From Eledone cirrhosa (lineage: Eukaryota), in the NCBI GenBank assembly GCA_964016885.1, contig OZ024761.1, positions 14,074,001-14,138,000 on the forward strand: 64,000 bases of DNA. Reading direction: 5' to 3'. Both the position numbers and the translations under genes were made by a program. Below, piece after piece: positions 42,510 to 58,237 of this stretch. Numbering within the stretch: position 1 is the stretch's first letter; each line of letters starts with the position of its first letter. Below the pieces are notes generated by a model, which worked only from the letters and a program-made list of their open reading frames with translations, made no database searches and was not told the DNA's origin.

Positions 42510-42540
<31 letters not shown>

Positions 42541-43253
42541 GTATATATATATATGTATATATATATAAATATGTATATTATATGTATATATATATATGTG
42601 TATTTATGTATATATGATATGTTATATATATATGTGTATATATGGTATATATATATATATATTGTAATATATGTATATATATATATAATATATATATTGT
42701 GTATATATGTATATATATATGTGTATATATGTATATATATATATATGATGTATATATGTATATATATATATATGTGTATATATGTATATATATATATGTG
42801 TATATATGTATATATATATATGTGTATATATGTATATAAATATATATATGTTTATATATGTATATATATATATATATATGTGTATATATGTATATGTATA
42901 TATATATATACATAATATATACATATATATACATATACATACATATATATATAAATATATATATATTACATATATATATATATATTACATATATATATAT
43001 ATTATATATTTACATATATATATATATATATATACATTTACATATATATATATACATATATAATATATATGTATATATAGTATATATATACTATATGTAT
43101 ATATATGTATATATATATATGTATATATATATATATGATTATATATATATATGTATATATATATATGTATATATATATATATGTATATATATATGTATAT
43201 ATATATATATGTATATATATATATGTATATATATATATGTGTATATATATATG

Positions 43254-43302
<49 letters not shown>

Positions 43303-43504
43303 GTATATATATAAGTATATATATATGTATATATATTATATGTATATATATATATGTATATATATATATAATGTATATATATATATGTATATATATAAAT
43401 ATGTATATATATATATATATATGTCATATATATATATACGTATGTATATATATATATATATGTATATATATATGTATATATATATATATATGTATATGTA
43501 TAGG

Positions 43505-43580
<76 letters not shown>

Positions 43581-43679
43581 ATATATATATGTATTACATA
43601 TGTATATACATTATATATATATATATTATATATATAGTATATATATATATGTTATATTATATATATATATATATATGTG

Positions 43680-43745
<66 letters not shown>

Positions 43746-43763
43746 TATATGTACATATATATG

Positions 43764-43816
<53 letters not shown>

Positions 43817-44195
43817 GTATATAATATATGTATATATGTATATATGTATATATATATATACGTATATATATATATATGTATATATATATGTAATTATATA
43901 TATATATGTATATATACTATATATATGTTATATATATATATATATGTATATATATATGTATATATATATATATATGTATATATATAATGTATATTATATA
44001 TATATATATGTATATATATGTATATATAAGTATATATATATAAGTATATATATATATATGTATATATATATGTATATATATATATATGTATATATATATA
44101 TGTATATGTATATATAATATGTATATGTATATATATATATGTATTATATAAGATATATATATATGTATATATATATATATATGTATATATATATG

Positions 44196-44231
<36 letters not shown>

Positions 44232-44283
44232 TGTATATATATAATATATGTATACTATATATATATGTATATATATATATATG

Positions 44284-44332
<49 letters not shown>

Positions 44333-44341
44333 GTATATATG

Positions 44342-44376
<35 letters not shown>

Positions 44377-44405
44377 CTATATATATATATATATATGTAT
44401 ATGTG

Positions 44406-44438
<33 letters not shown>

Positions 44439-44451
44439 TATATGTATGTAA

Positions 44452-44483
<32 letters not shown>

Positions 44484-44510
44484 GTATATATTATATATAT
44501 ATAGTATATG

Positions 44511-44567
<57 letters not shown>

Positions 44568-44731
44568 GTTATAAATATAATGATAATGTATATATATATA
44601 TATATGTATATATATAATATGTATATATATATATATATGTATATATTATATATGTGTATCTATATATATATATGTATATATATATGTGTATATATATATG
44701 TATATATATATATGTATATATTATATATATG

Positions 44732-44832
<101 letters not shown>

Positions 44833-44834
44833 GT

Positions 44835-44865
<31 letters not shown>

Positions 44866-45023
44866 GTATATATATAATATATGTATATATATGTATGTAT
44901 GTATATATATATGTATATATATATGTATATATATGTATGTATATGTATATATAATATATGTATATATATTATTGTATATATATATATATGTAGATATATA
45001 TATATATGTAATATATATATTTG

Positions 45024-45105
<82 letters not shown>

Positions 45106-45122
45106 TGTATATATTATAAATG

Positions 45123-45154
<32 letters not shown>

Positions 45155-45296
45155 GTATATATATATGTATATGTATATATATATATGTATATATATATAT
45201 ATTTGTATATATATATATATATATAATATATGTATATATATATATACATATATATATACATATATATATATATGTATATATATGTATATATGTATA

Positions 45297-45496
45297 NNNN
45301 NNNNNNNNNNNNNNNNNNNNNNNNNNNNNNNNNNNNNNNNNNNNNNNNNNNNNNNNNNNNNNNNNNNNNNNNNNNNNNNNNNNNNNNNNNNNNNNNNNNN
45401 NNNNNNNNNNNNNNNNNNNNNNNNNNNNNNNNNNNNNNNNNNNNNNNNNNNNNNNNNNNNNNNNNNNNNNNNNNNNNNNNNNNNNNNNNNNNNNNN
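45297..45496. other. Assembly gap (200 N)
   Basis: Run of n. Confidence 1.
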
Positions 45497-45528
45497 TATA
45501 TATATATATATATATGTATATGTATATG

Positions 45529-45564
<36 letters not shown>

Positions 45565-45575
45565 TGTATATGTAT

Positions 45576-45743
<168 letters not shown>

Positions 45744-45772
45744 GTATATATATATATGTATATATATATATG

Positions 45773-45855
<83 letters not shown>

Positions 45856-45996
45856 GTATATATGTATATATATATATGTATATATATATATGTATATATA
45901 TATATATGTATATATATATATGTATATATATATATGTATATATATATATATGTATATATATATATGTATATATATATATATGTATATATATATATG

Positions 45997-46041
<45 letters not shown>

Positions 46042-46523
46042 GTATATATATATATGTATGTATATATATGTATATATATATATGTATATATATGTATATA
46101 TATGTATGTATATATATATATGTATATATATATATGTATATATATGTATATATATATATGTATATATATATGTATATATATATATGTATATATATATATG
46201 TATATATATATATGTATATATATATATGTATATATATATATGTATATATATATATGTATATATATATATGTATATATATATGTATATATATATATGTATA
46301 TATATATATGTATATATATATATGTATATATATATATGTATATGTATATATGTATATGTATATGTATATATGTATATGTATATATGTATATGTATATATG
46401 TATATATATATATGTATATATATATATGTATATATGTATATATGTATATGTATATATGTATATATATAATGTATATATATATATATGTATATATATATAT
46501 GTATATATGTATATATATATATG

Positions 46524-46766
<243 letters not shown>

Positions 46767-46768
46767 GT

Positions 46769-47750
46769 ACACTAAGGTAGCACAGGCAATCAAAAACCCG
46801 GCTGACGCTGCCCTCTTACAGCAGGATCTGGATGCCATATACAGATGGGCGGAAGAAAACAACATGCAGTTTAATGCTGGCAAATTCCAAGCCCTACAAT
46901 ACAAACCTGCAAACACAAACACAAATATAGCGGAACACAGCTACACAGGACCAGGAGGGACCGATATCCCCGTGTCAAAATCGATACGAGACCTGGGCAT
47001 AGACATGAGCGATGATGCATCTTTTTCTTCACACATCATGAAGGTGGCGACAGCATGTAGACGATTCGCTGGCTGGATCTTGAGGACTTTCCTTACAAGA
47101 GATCGAGACACCATGTTGACACTGTGGAGGACTTTTGTCCTAAGCCGCCTGGACTACTGCTCCCAGCTGTGGTCACCCCATAGTGTCAAACTAACCACAG
47201 AGCTTGAGGCAATCCAGCGAAGCTACACCAAGAGGATTGCCAAGATGAGGGAGACAAGCTACTGGGAGAGGCTGAAGGAACTGAACCTCTACTCCTTGGA
47301 GCGAAGACGGGAGAGATACGCAGTGATCTACATGTGGAAAATCCTGGAGGGACTAGCACCAAACTTTGGCATTGGGAGCTGGACCAACCGTCGAACAGGA
47401 CGTCACTGTGTGGTGCCAAAGGTCCCGTCTTCCACATCTAGAATAAGGAGCAGGTATTGCAATAGCCTGGGATTCAAGGGCCCTCAACTCTTCAACAGGC
47501 TGCCGAGGCATCTGCGAGACTTGCATGACGTGGAGGTGGATGTCTTTAAGAAACATCTCGACACCTTGTTATCCAGGATCCCGGATGAGCCCACAGCAAG
47601 ACACGAGGGAAACCTAAGGGCAGCAGCAACAAACTCCCTCCTACACCAGTGGCCAACCGATACAGGCTGGAGATAAAATGTGTAGCAACAAGGGCGGTGC
47701 CCCAGCATGGCCTCAGCCGGATGGCTGAAACAGGTAAAAGAGTAAAAGAG
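46769..47750 (+). mobile_element. 5'-truncated CR1/L2-group LINE; RT thumb and C-terminus open 46771-47676, plus 3' UTR
   Basis: [78 protein letters not shown]; ~300 codons with no stop. Confidence 0.92.
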
Positions 47751-47804
47751 TATATGTATATATATGTATGTATATATATATATGTATATATATGTATGTA
47801 TATG

Positions 47805-47885
<81 letters not shown>

Positions 47886-47946
47886 GTATGTATATATATA
47901 TATATATGTATGTATATATATGTATATATATGTATGTATATATATG

Positions 47947-48005
<59 letters not shown>

Positions 48006-48013
48006 GTATGTAT

Positions 48014-48054
<41 letters not shown>

Positions 48055-48067
48055 TATATGTATGTAT

Positions 48068-48108
<41 letters not shown>

Positions 48109-48118
48109 TATATGTATG

Positions 48119-48151
<33 letters not shown>

Positions 48152-48185
48152 ATATATATATATATGTATGTATATATATATATAT

Positions 48186-48640
48186 CAAAGCAGCTCTTAA
48201 GAGTCAATGGCTATCCAAAATCACCGGGAGAGATGACCCCTTAGCCTTTGTCAAGGCAGAATTCTAGGAGAAGGAAAACTCTGATATAACACCCGCAACC
48301 CTGATGGTATCCAATGATGTTGACTTGTTCTTCTTTTTGGTAAATATCATCTTGGTTAAGAGAGTGGGACTGGCTTTGTGCAGTGCCTTTGCTCACTATA
48401 AAAGCTTCACGGCACAGGCATTGCTTTATATCTGGAGATCTCTCTCTCTGCACTTGTCGTCACATGGTACCATGGGCCCAGCACTATGTGTCAGTAATTG
48501 TCACAAGTGTAGTGTTTGTACCAGAGTTTTCAAGTCGCTGGCTGGACTAAAAAGTCACACTCGTTCAGCGCATCGGTAGGGGTTCTCCTACATGGATATA
48601 AAGTAGTGGCCGTACTCGAAAACGAGTTGGCAGCCACCAT
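48186..48640 (+). mobile_element. Bipartite RTE-like non-autonomous element, 5'-truncated
   Basis: Same family as 8085-8706. Confidence 0.85.
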
Positions 48641-49051
48641 GTATGTATATGTATATGTATATATATATGTATATGTGTGTATGTATATGTATATATATAT
48701 GTATATATATATTTGTATATATATATATGTGTATATATATGTGTGCGTATATATATGTATATATATGTATACATATGTATATATATGTATATGTGTGTAT
48801 ATGTGTATATATATGTATGTGTATGTATATATGTGTGTGTGTGTATATATGTGTATAAATATATATGTATATATATGTATATGTATATATATATATATGT
48901 ATGTGTATATATATGTATATATATATATATATGTGTATGTATATGTGTATATATATATATATATGTATATATATATGTATGTATATATATGTGTATATAT
49001 ATATATGTATGTATATATATATGTATATATATATATATATGTATATATATG

Positions 49052-49090
<39 letters not shown>

Positions 49091-49230
49091 GTATATATAT
49101 ATATGTGTATATATATATGTATGTATATATATGTGTATGTGTATGTGTATATATGTATGTATGTATGTGTATATGTATATATATGTGTATATGTATATGT
49201 ATATATATATGTATGTATATATATATATAT

Positions 49231-49432
49231 ATATAGATGAGATTCTGCAGGACTGGGGCTGTTTCATTCATTGGAAATCATCGGAAATCATCAGGGATTC
49301 CTGATGATTTCTGGTGGGTGGAACAGTTCTGGTCCTGTGGAGTCTCATCTATATTAAAACTTTTATACTCTGCTATGTATTGAGTACCTTACTTACTGTG
49401 GTTACCTCCGATTCAACCCGGAATAACTTACC
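49231..49432 (+). mobile_element. Family C hammerhead fold-back element with A-to-G hypermutated arms
   Basis: Homologous to 21541-21600, 17585-17680 and 29461-29620. Core reads CTGATGA...GGAA cag..ctg TG. Confidence 0.85.
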
Positions 49433-49471
<39 letters not shown>

Positions 49472-49482
49472 GTATGTATATG

Positions 49483-49516
<34 letters not shown>

Positions 49517-49882
49517 TGTATATATATATGTGTATATATATGTATGTATATGTATATATGTATATATATATATGTATAAATTGAAACAAAATGAAAACGA
49601 AATTTCATTTCTCACTCTTAGTATGGCACTTACTTAAATGTAAGTATGCATGTATACGTACATACATATATGTATACAGACGTACAGTAGCATGCACATA
49701 TATATATATATATATATACATATATACATACATATGCATACAGGTACACATACATATATGCACGTATCAGTTTAGCGGCGCTAACGTCGCTTTGTTCGTT
49801 TGTAAACAAACTGAACAGCCTGAATTTATGCCATACGGTGTTAAGGCAACCACGTCACCTTTTTGTTCAACACTGACACAGG

Positions 49883-49927
49883 AACGATGTACTAGTTTCA
49901 AGCTTGTTAGCTATCATCAGCACCGTT
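49883..49927 (-). ncRNA. Minimal type I hammerhead ribozyme (family D)
   Basis: Minus strand: aacggtg CTGATGA t agct aaca agct t GAAA ctag TA catcgtt. Confidence 0.85.
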
Positions 49928-50391
49928 TACCCATCTGCCAGATAGTTGAACGTTCGAAAGTATATACTTTCCTTATGAAAATTAACGGCTGAGCAGCCTA
50001 ATTTGCATATTGAGTGAGTTAAATCGGTCAGGCATACCGAAAACGATAAATTGAAACAAAATGAAAACGAAATTTCATTTCTCACTCTTAGTATGGCACT
50101 TACTTAAATGTAAGTATGCATGTATACGTACATACATATATGTATACAGACGTACAGTAGCATGCACATATATATATATATATATACATATATACATACA
50201 TATGCATACAGGTACACATACATATATGCACATATCAGTTTAGCGGCGCTAACGTCGCTTTGTTCGTTTGTAAACAAACTGAACAGCCTGAATTTATGCC
50301 ATACGGTGTTAAGGCAACCACGTCACCTTTTTGTTCAACACTGACACAGGAACGATGTACTAGTTTCAAGCTTGTTAGCTATCATATAGTA

Positions 50392-50436
50392 AACGGTGCT
50401 GATGATAGCTAACAAGCTTGAAACTAGTACATCGTT
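50392..50436 (+). ncRNA. Minimal type I hammerhead ribozyme (family D); predicted GUA cleavage after 50429
   Basis: aacggtg CTGATGA tagctaacaagctt GAAA ctag TA catcgtt; palindromic stem III ACTAGT. Confidence 0.85.
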
Positions 50437-50520
50437 CCTGTGTCAGTGTTGAACAAAAAGGTGACGTGGTTGCCTTAACACCGTATGGCATAAATTCAGG
50501 CTGTTCAGTTTGTTTACAAA

Positions 50521-50700
50521 CGGTAGGGGCCTCCTAGCCCCACACTGTGGGTGTGGTTGGTGTTGGGAGGGGCATCCAGCTGTGGGAGGCCTGCCGGGGG
50601 GTCCTGTGCGAGCGGGACAGTCACTCTTGCCTCGGGTGGGACTGCCCCCGTCCGGGCCCATGCGGGCGTGGAGCGCGGACGTTGAACGTTGATGATGATG
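50521..50700 (+). mobile_element. RTE-related retroposon tail, A-to-G hypermutated copy
   Basis: Colinear with 7506-7680 but with about 30 A replaced by G. Confidence 0.9.
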
Positions 50701-50876
50701 TATATATATATGTGTGTGTATGTGTGTGTGTATGTGTGTATATGTGTGTATGTATGTATATGTATATATGTATGTGTATGTGTATGTGTGTGTATATGTA
50801 TATGTATGTATATATGTATATATATGTATGTATATGTATATATGTATATATATATGTATGTATATATGTATATATG

Positions 50877-50917
<41 letters not shown>

Positions 50918-50974
50918 GTATGTATATGTATGTATATATATATATATATATATGTATGTATATGTATATATATG

Positions 50975-51008
<34 letters not shown>

Positions 51009-51163
51009 TATGTATGTGTATATATACGTCTGTGTATATATATATATATATATGTATGTGTATATATATGTCTGTATGTATATATATATATATATGTATG
51101 TGTATGTATATGTCTGTATGTATATGTATATGTATGTGTATATATGTGTCTGTATATATATAT

Positions 51164-51716
51164 ATGGTCGGGTCGTTGGCGACTAAACTGGCAACCCCAC
51201 CAAGGTTTCTTGGTGAGGAGGGTGACTTTGGACATCCTGCAGGACTAAAAACAAAACCTGTCAAAGGGCAAAGGAGCTCTTAAGAGTCAATGGCCATCCA
51301 AAATCACCGGGAGAGATGACCCCTTAGCCTTTGTCAAGGCAGAATTCTAGGAGAAGGAAAACTCTGATATAACACCTGCAACCCTGATGGTATCCAATGA
51401 TGTTGACTTGTTCTTCTTTTTGGTAAATATCATCTTGGTTAAGAGAGTGGGACTGGCTTTGTGCAGTGCCTTTGCTCACTATAAAAGCTTCACGGCACAG
51501 GCATTGCTTTATATCTGGAGATCTCTGCACTTGTCGTCACATGGTACCATGGGCCCAGCACTATGTGTCAATAATTGTCACAGGTGTAGTGTTTGTACCA
51601 GAGTTTTCAGGTGGCTGGCTGGACTAAAAAGTCACACTCGTTCAGCGCATCGGTGGGGGTTCTCCTACATGGATATAAAGTAGTGGCCGTACTCGAAAAC
51701 GAGTTGGCAGCCACCA
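51164..51716 (+). mobile_element. Bipartite RTE-like non-autonomous element
   Basis: Same family as 8085-8706. Confidence 0.88.
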
Positions 51717-51932
51717 TATATATATATATGTATGTATATATATATATGTATATATGTATATATATATGTATATATGTATGTATATATATGTATATATATA
51801 TATGTATATATATATATGTATATATATATATGTATATATATATATATGTATATATGTATATATATATGTATATATGTATGTATATATATGTATATATATA
51901 TATGTATATATATATATGTATATATATATATG

Positions 51933-51979
<47 letters not shown>

Positions 51980-53134
51980 GTATATATATATATGTATATA
52001 TATGTATATATATATGTATATATATATATGTATATATATATATGTATATATATATATGTATATATATATGTATATATATATGTATATATATATATGTATA
52101 TATATATATGTATATATATATATGTATATATGTATATATATATATGTATATATATATATGTATATATATATATGTGTATATGTATATATGTATATGTATA
52201 TATGTATATGTATATATGTATATATATATATGTATATATATATATGTATATATATATATGTATATATATATATGTATATGTATATATGTATATGTATATA
52301 TGTATGTGTATATATGTATATATATATATGTATATGTATATATGTATATGTATATATGTATATGTATATATGTGTATATGTATATATGTATATATATATG
52401 TATATATATATGTATATATATATATATGTATATATGTATATGTATATATGTATATATGTATATGTATATATGTATATATGTATATGTATATATGTATATA
52501 TATATATGTATATATGTATATGTATATATGTATATGTATATATATATATGTATATATATATATGTATATATGTATATGTATATATGTATATGTATATGTA
52601 TATATGTATATGTATATATGTATATGTATATGTATATATGTATATATGTATATGTGTATATGTATATATGTATATGTATATATGTATATATGTATATATA
52701 TATATGTATATATATATATGTATATATATATATGTATATGTATATATGTATATGTATATATATATATGTATATGTATATATGTATATATATATATGTATA
52801 TATATATATGTATATGTATATATATATATGTATATATATATATGTATATATATATATGTATATATGTATATGTATATATGTATATATGTATATGTATATA
52901 TGTATATATGTATATATGTATATGTATATATATATATATGTATATGTATATATGTATATATATATATGTATATATATATATATGTATATATGTATATGTA
53001 TATATGTATATATATATATGTATATATATATATGTATATGTATATATGTATATGTATATATATATGTATATATATATATGTTTATATATATATGTATATA
53101 TATATGTATATATATATATGTATATATATATATG

Positions 53135-53181
<47 letters not shown>

Positions 53182-53554
53182 GTATATATATATGTATGTA
53201 TATATATATGTATATATATATGTATATATATATATATGTATATATATATGTATATATATATATATGTATATATATATGTATATATATATATGTATATATA
53301 TATATGTATATATATATGTATATATATATATGTATATATATATGTATATATATATATGTATATATATATATGTATATATATATATGTATATATATATATG
53401 TATATATGTATATATATATATATGTATATATATATATGTATATATATATATGTATATATATATATGTATATATATATATGTATATATATATGTATATATA
53501 TATGTATATATATATGTATATATATATGTATATATATATGTATATATATATATG

Positions 53555-53585
<31 letters not shown>

Positions 53586-53699
53586 GTATATATGTATATG
53601 TATATATATATATGTATATATATATATGTATATATATATATGTATATATATATATGTATATATATATATGTATATATATATATGTATATATATATATGT

Positions 53700-53737
<38 letters not shown>

Positions 53738-53854
53738 GTATGTATATATGTATATATATATGTATATATATATGTATATATATGTGTATATATATATATG
53801 TATATATATATATGTATATATATATATGTATATATATATATGTATATATATATG

Positions 53855-53899
<45 letters not shown>

Positions 53900-55766
53900 G
53901 TATATATATATATGTATATATGTATATATATATATGTATATATATATATGTATATATATATGTATATATATATGTATATATATGTGTATGTATATGTGTA
54001 TGTATATGTGTATGTATATATATATGTATATGTGTATGTATATATATATGTGTATGTATATATGTATGTATATATATATGTATGTATATATGTATGTATA
54101 TATGTATGTATATATGTATGTATGTAAGTATGTATATATGTATGTATATATGTATGTATATATGTATGTATATATGTATGTATATATGTATATATATGTA
54201 TATATGTGTATATATGTATATATGTATATATATGTATATATATGTGTATATGTGTATATATATGTATATATATATATATATGTGTATATATGTGTATATA
54301 TGTATATATATGTGTATATATGTGTATATATATGTGTATATATGTATATATATGTGTCTATATATATATGTATAATGAAAAATTGAACAGGGACAGAACA
54401 GAGAGGCAGTACGATAAATGTTTATTAAATTCACGCTCAGGAGAGTGGGGTGTATATATATATGTATATATGTATATATATGTGTATATATATGTATATA
54501 TATGTGTATATATATGTATATATGTGTATATATATGTATATATATATATGTGTATATATATATGTGTATATATATGTATATATATATATATGTATATATA
54601 TATATGTGTATATATATGTATATATATATATGTGTATATATATGTATATATATATGTGTATATATATGTCTATATGTCTATATGTCTATATATCTATATG
54701 TATCTATATGTATCTATATATATATGTGTGTATATATGTATATATATGTGTATATATGTGTATATATATGTGTATATATATGTGTATATATGTGTATATA
54801 TGTATATATATGTATATATATGTGTATATATGTGTATATATGTGTATATATGTGTATATATGTGTATATATGTATATATATGTATATATATGTGTATATA
54901 TGTGTATATATGTGTATATATGTGTATATATGTGTATATATGTGTATATATGTGTATATATGTGTATATATGTGTATATATGTGTATATATGTGTATATA
55001 TGTGTATATATGTATATATATGTATATATATGTGTATATATGTGTATATATGTATATATATGTGTATATATGTGTATATATGTGTATATATGTGTATATA
55101 TGTATATATATATGTATATATATATGTATATATATATGTATATATATGTGTATATATGTGTATATATATGTATATATATGTATATATATGTATATATATA
55201 TGTATATATATGTATATATATATATATCTGTATGTATATATATATATATATCTGTATGTATATATGTATATATATCTATCTCTATATATATTCATATATA
55301 TAGATATATACACATACATATACACGCACATATATACGTATATATATATATATTCATACGTACACCTGTACACATACACACACACACACACATACATATA
55401 ATAGAATGAATGTGAAGATTACAATTTTCAAATAATAATAATTACTATAATTTATATAAGTGGGTAAAATGTTTTATTTGAATAAAATCAAGAACATGAA
55501 TAAAAAGAATCCCAAATAAATTGTCTTCGGTTCGGTTTAAACCAGTTTTTCTTTGAAACCAGTTTGATATTTCTATTTTTTTGCTTTATTTGTATTTTCA
55601 TTTCATTAAACTTAATGATATTAATAATTATTTCTTCAACAGTAACAATTTCTCCTTGTTTTATGCCAGAAAAGAACTGATAACAGTTTGATGGCTTTTA
55701 CTAAGACTAGCAAATTAGCCTAATAAAAAGTAAAATATGTATGTATGTATATATATATATATATAC

Positions 55767-56311
55767 ATGGTCGGGTCGTTGGCGACTAAACTGGCAACCC
55801 CACCAAGGTTTCTTGGTGAGGAGGGTGACTTTGGACATCCTGCAGGACTAAAAACAAAACCTGTCAAAGGGCAAAGGAGCTCTTAACAGTCAATGGCCAT
55901 CCAAAATCACTGGGAGAGATGACCCCTTAACCTTTGTCAAGGCAGAATTCTAGGAGAAGGAAAACTCTGATATAACACCTGCAACCCTGATGGTATCCAA
56001 TGATGTTGACTTCTTTTTGGTAAATATCATCTTGGTTAAGAGAGTGGGACTGGCTTTGTGCAGTGCCTTTGCTCACTATAAAAGCTTCACGGCACAGGCA
56101 TTGCTTTGTATCTGGAGATCTCTCTGCACTTGTCATCACATGGTACCATGGGCCCAGCACTATGTGTCAGTAATTGTCACAAGTGTAGTGTTTGTACCAG
56201 AGTTTTCAAGTCGCTGGCTGGACTAAAAATTCCCACTCGTTCATCGCATCAGTAGGGGTTCTCCTACATATAAAGTAGTGGCCGTACTCGAAAACGAGTT
56301 GGCAGCCACCA
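55767..56311 (+). mobile_element. Bipartite RTE-like non-autonomous element
   Basis: Same family and same 5' start (atggtcgggtcg) as 51164. Confidence 0.88.
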
Positions 56312-56449
56312 TATATATAGATATATACACATACATATTTTACTATATACACACACACATATATATACTCACATTTTACTATGTATATATATATATACAC
56401 ACACATTTTACTATGTATATATATATATATATATATACACACATTTTAC

Positions 56450-56488
<39 letters not shown>

Positions 56489-56497
56489 TTTACTATG

Positions 56498-56528
<31 letters not shown>

Positions 56529-57570
56529 TTTACTATGTATATATATATGTGTATATATATATTTATATATACACACATATTAAACTATATATATTTTACT
56601 GTGTATGTATGTATATATATATATTAGTATATACATGTGTATATAACCCATGCTCGTGTGGAAGATGGACGTTAAATGATGATATATATGTGTGTGTGTG
56701 TATGGTTACGCATGTGTATATATATTGGCTGGACCTTTCATCAACCAGTCTACTCTTGTACCTATCTAACTCCTCCCATGCCTCTTTTCCTAAAATTACA
56801 CATACCTGCCCTCTCCCTATCTGAACTTTCTTGATGAAGGTCATCTACCCGAAATATTAAACCCTGCTCCACTTCCTTCAAGTGTGAACTTAATATAACC
56901 ATGTTTTTACTTGAGCAAATCTGGTCTCAGAAGCCACAGTCGCAGCCATGTTCAAAGACAACCAGTGAACTATGATCTCCACGGTATTGTGAAGTTTTAC
57001 AGGCCACCTGATGCAAGACCTGAGGCCAGGGAGATCCATAGTTGTCATCAATGTGTGAAGGAGTGCAAGTCCTAAGCAGGCTTGAAAAGCCATATCCGAG
57101 TGTCACATATCTGAATCTGACAAGCGATTCATATTTGTCGGTCTGTAGGTGGCCGTGTGGGTAGTTCTGTTGTAATTATGCATGCATTATGTATGTATAG
57201 ATTGTGTATATATCTATATATACAACTCTTAGAGTTTTCAGCCATCATATATATGTGTATGTGTAATATATATATATATCAATAACTCGGTCCAGCTAAG
57301 CTTTGTCCAGCTCAACTTGGTTTGGCTCAATTTAGTCCATACAGAAAATAGCACTACTAGGTATGGTACAAATAGAGTACTGCCGGATCTACATGCACAG
57401 TGTCGCGACACTGCATCCTTTAAAACCTCCATGCTTCCTGAGATTCACCAACACTACACCTGATGTCCCCCCTCCATACACACGCACACATGTATTTCAT
57501 GTACACTGTTCATTTTCCTGACATTTGATGAGTTGTAGTGCACCTGAGCACTATACACAATAATTTCAAG

Positions 57571-57748
57571 TGGATTGGTAGTGTCGGACGCCATGCTTTC
57601 CAGCATAGTTACGTCCCTTTACGATCTGAGTTCAAATCCCGCCGAGGTTGACTTTGCCTTTCATCCTTACGGGGTCGATAAAATAAAGTACCAGTAATGC
57701 ACTGGGTAATTGCTGGCCTTGTGCCTAAAGTAGAAACAATTATTATTA
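57571..57748 (+). mobile_element. tRNA-derived SINE
   Basis: Family motifs; another copy at 58771-58955. Confidence 0.88.
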
Positions 57749-57861
57749 TATATACAGTTACACACACACAACATACAGAAAATAGCACTACTAGGTATGT
57801 TACATATACTATATAGAGTACCGCAGGATTTACACTCACACACACACATATATATATATAT

Positions 57862-58057
57862 ATAACAAAGGAATTGTGGCAAGGAACCAGATGGACCATA
57901 ACGCACCAGAGTACTCAATACTTAGGGTAGTAGAGTGGGAAATCGGAAAAAGTATGACACCGACGGCAGAGCTCAAGCTGTTTCGACGGCTAATTCTGGA
58001 CTCCAGAAATAGCCGTCGAAACGGCTTGAGCTCTGCCGTCGGGGTCATACTTTTTCC
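57862..58057 (-). mobile_element. PLE-derived fold-back, arms 57945-58000 and 58002-58057
   Basis: Homologous to the termini of 38815-39461. Confidence 0.8.
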
Positions 58058-58206
58058 CATATATATATATATATATATATATAACACACATACAATATAC
58101 AGAAAATATCACTACTAGGTATGGTATACATGTTTCATAGAGTACTAGAAGATTTACAAATATACACACATATATAACATACCGAAAATAACACTACTAG
58201 GAACTG

Positions 58207-58237
<31 letters not shown>

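Larger units (their letters stand above)
49576..50520 (-). mobile_element. Non-coding retrozyme/PLE-like element: 470-nt unit, partial direct copy and an inverted arm
   Basis: Direct repeat 49576-49918 vs 50046-50385; perfect inverted arm 50389-50520. Confidence 0.85.

Noticed and set aside
50268-50520. A single edited transcript spanning 49231-50696
   Set aside because: The perfect hairpin lying between the two hypermutated pieces has no A->G changes, so separate events are more likely.
55670-55723. Alternative syntaxin terminal exons (cag|KRTDNSLMAFTKTSKLA*, and a T-rich frame at ~22743-22855)
   Set aside because: Only an acceptor-like context; no similarity to syntaxin C-termini, and the hydrophobicity is explained by T-richness.
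56825-56865. TTGATGA agg..ccc GAAA tatt and 24475-24510 CTGATGA..GAAA as active ribozymes
   Set aside because: Core or stems are broken; at most decayed PLE relics.
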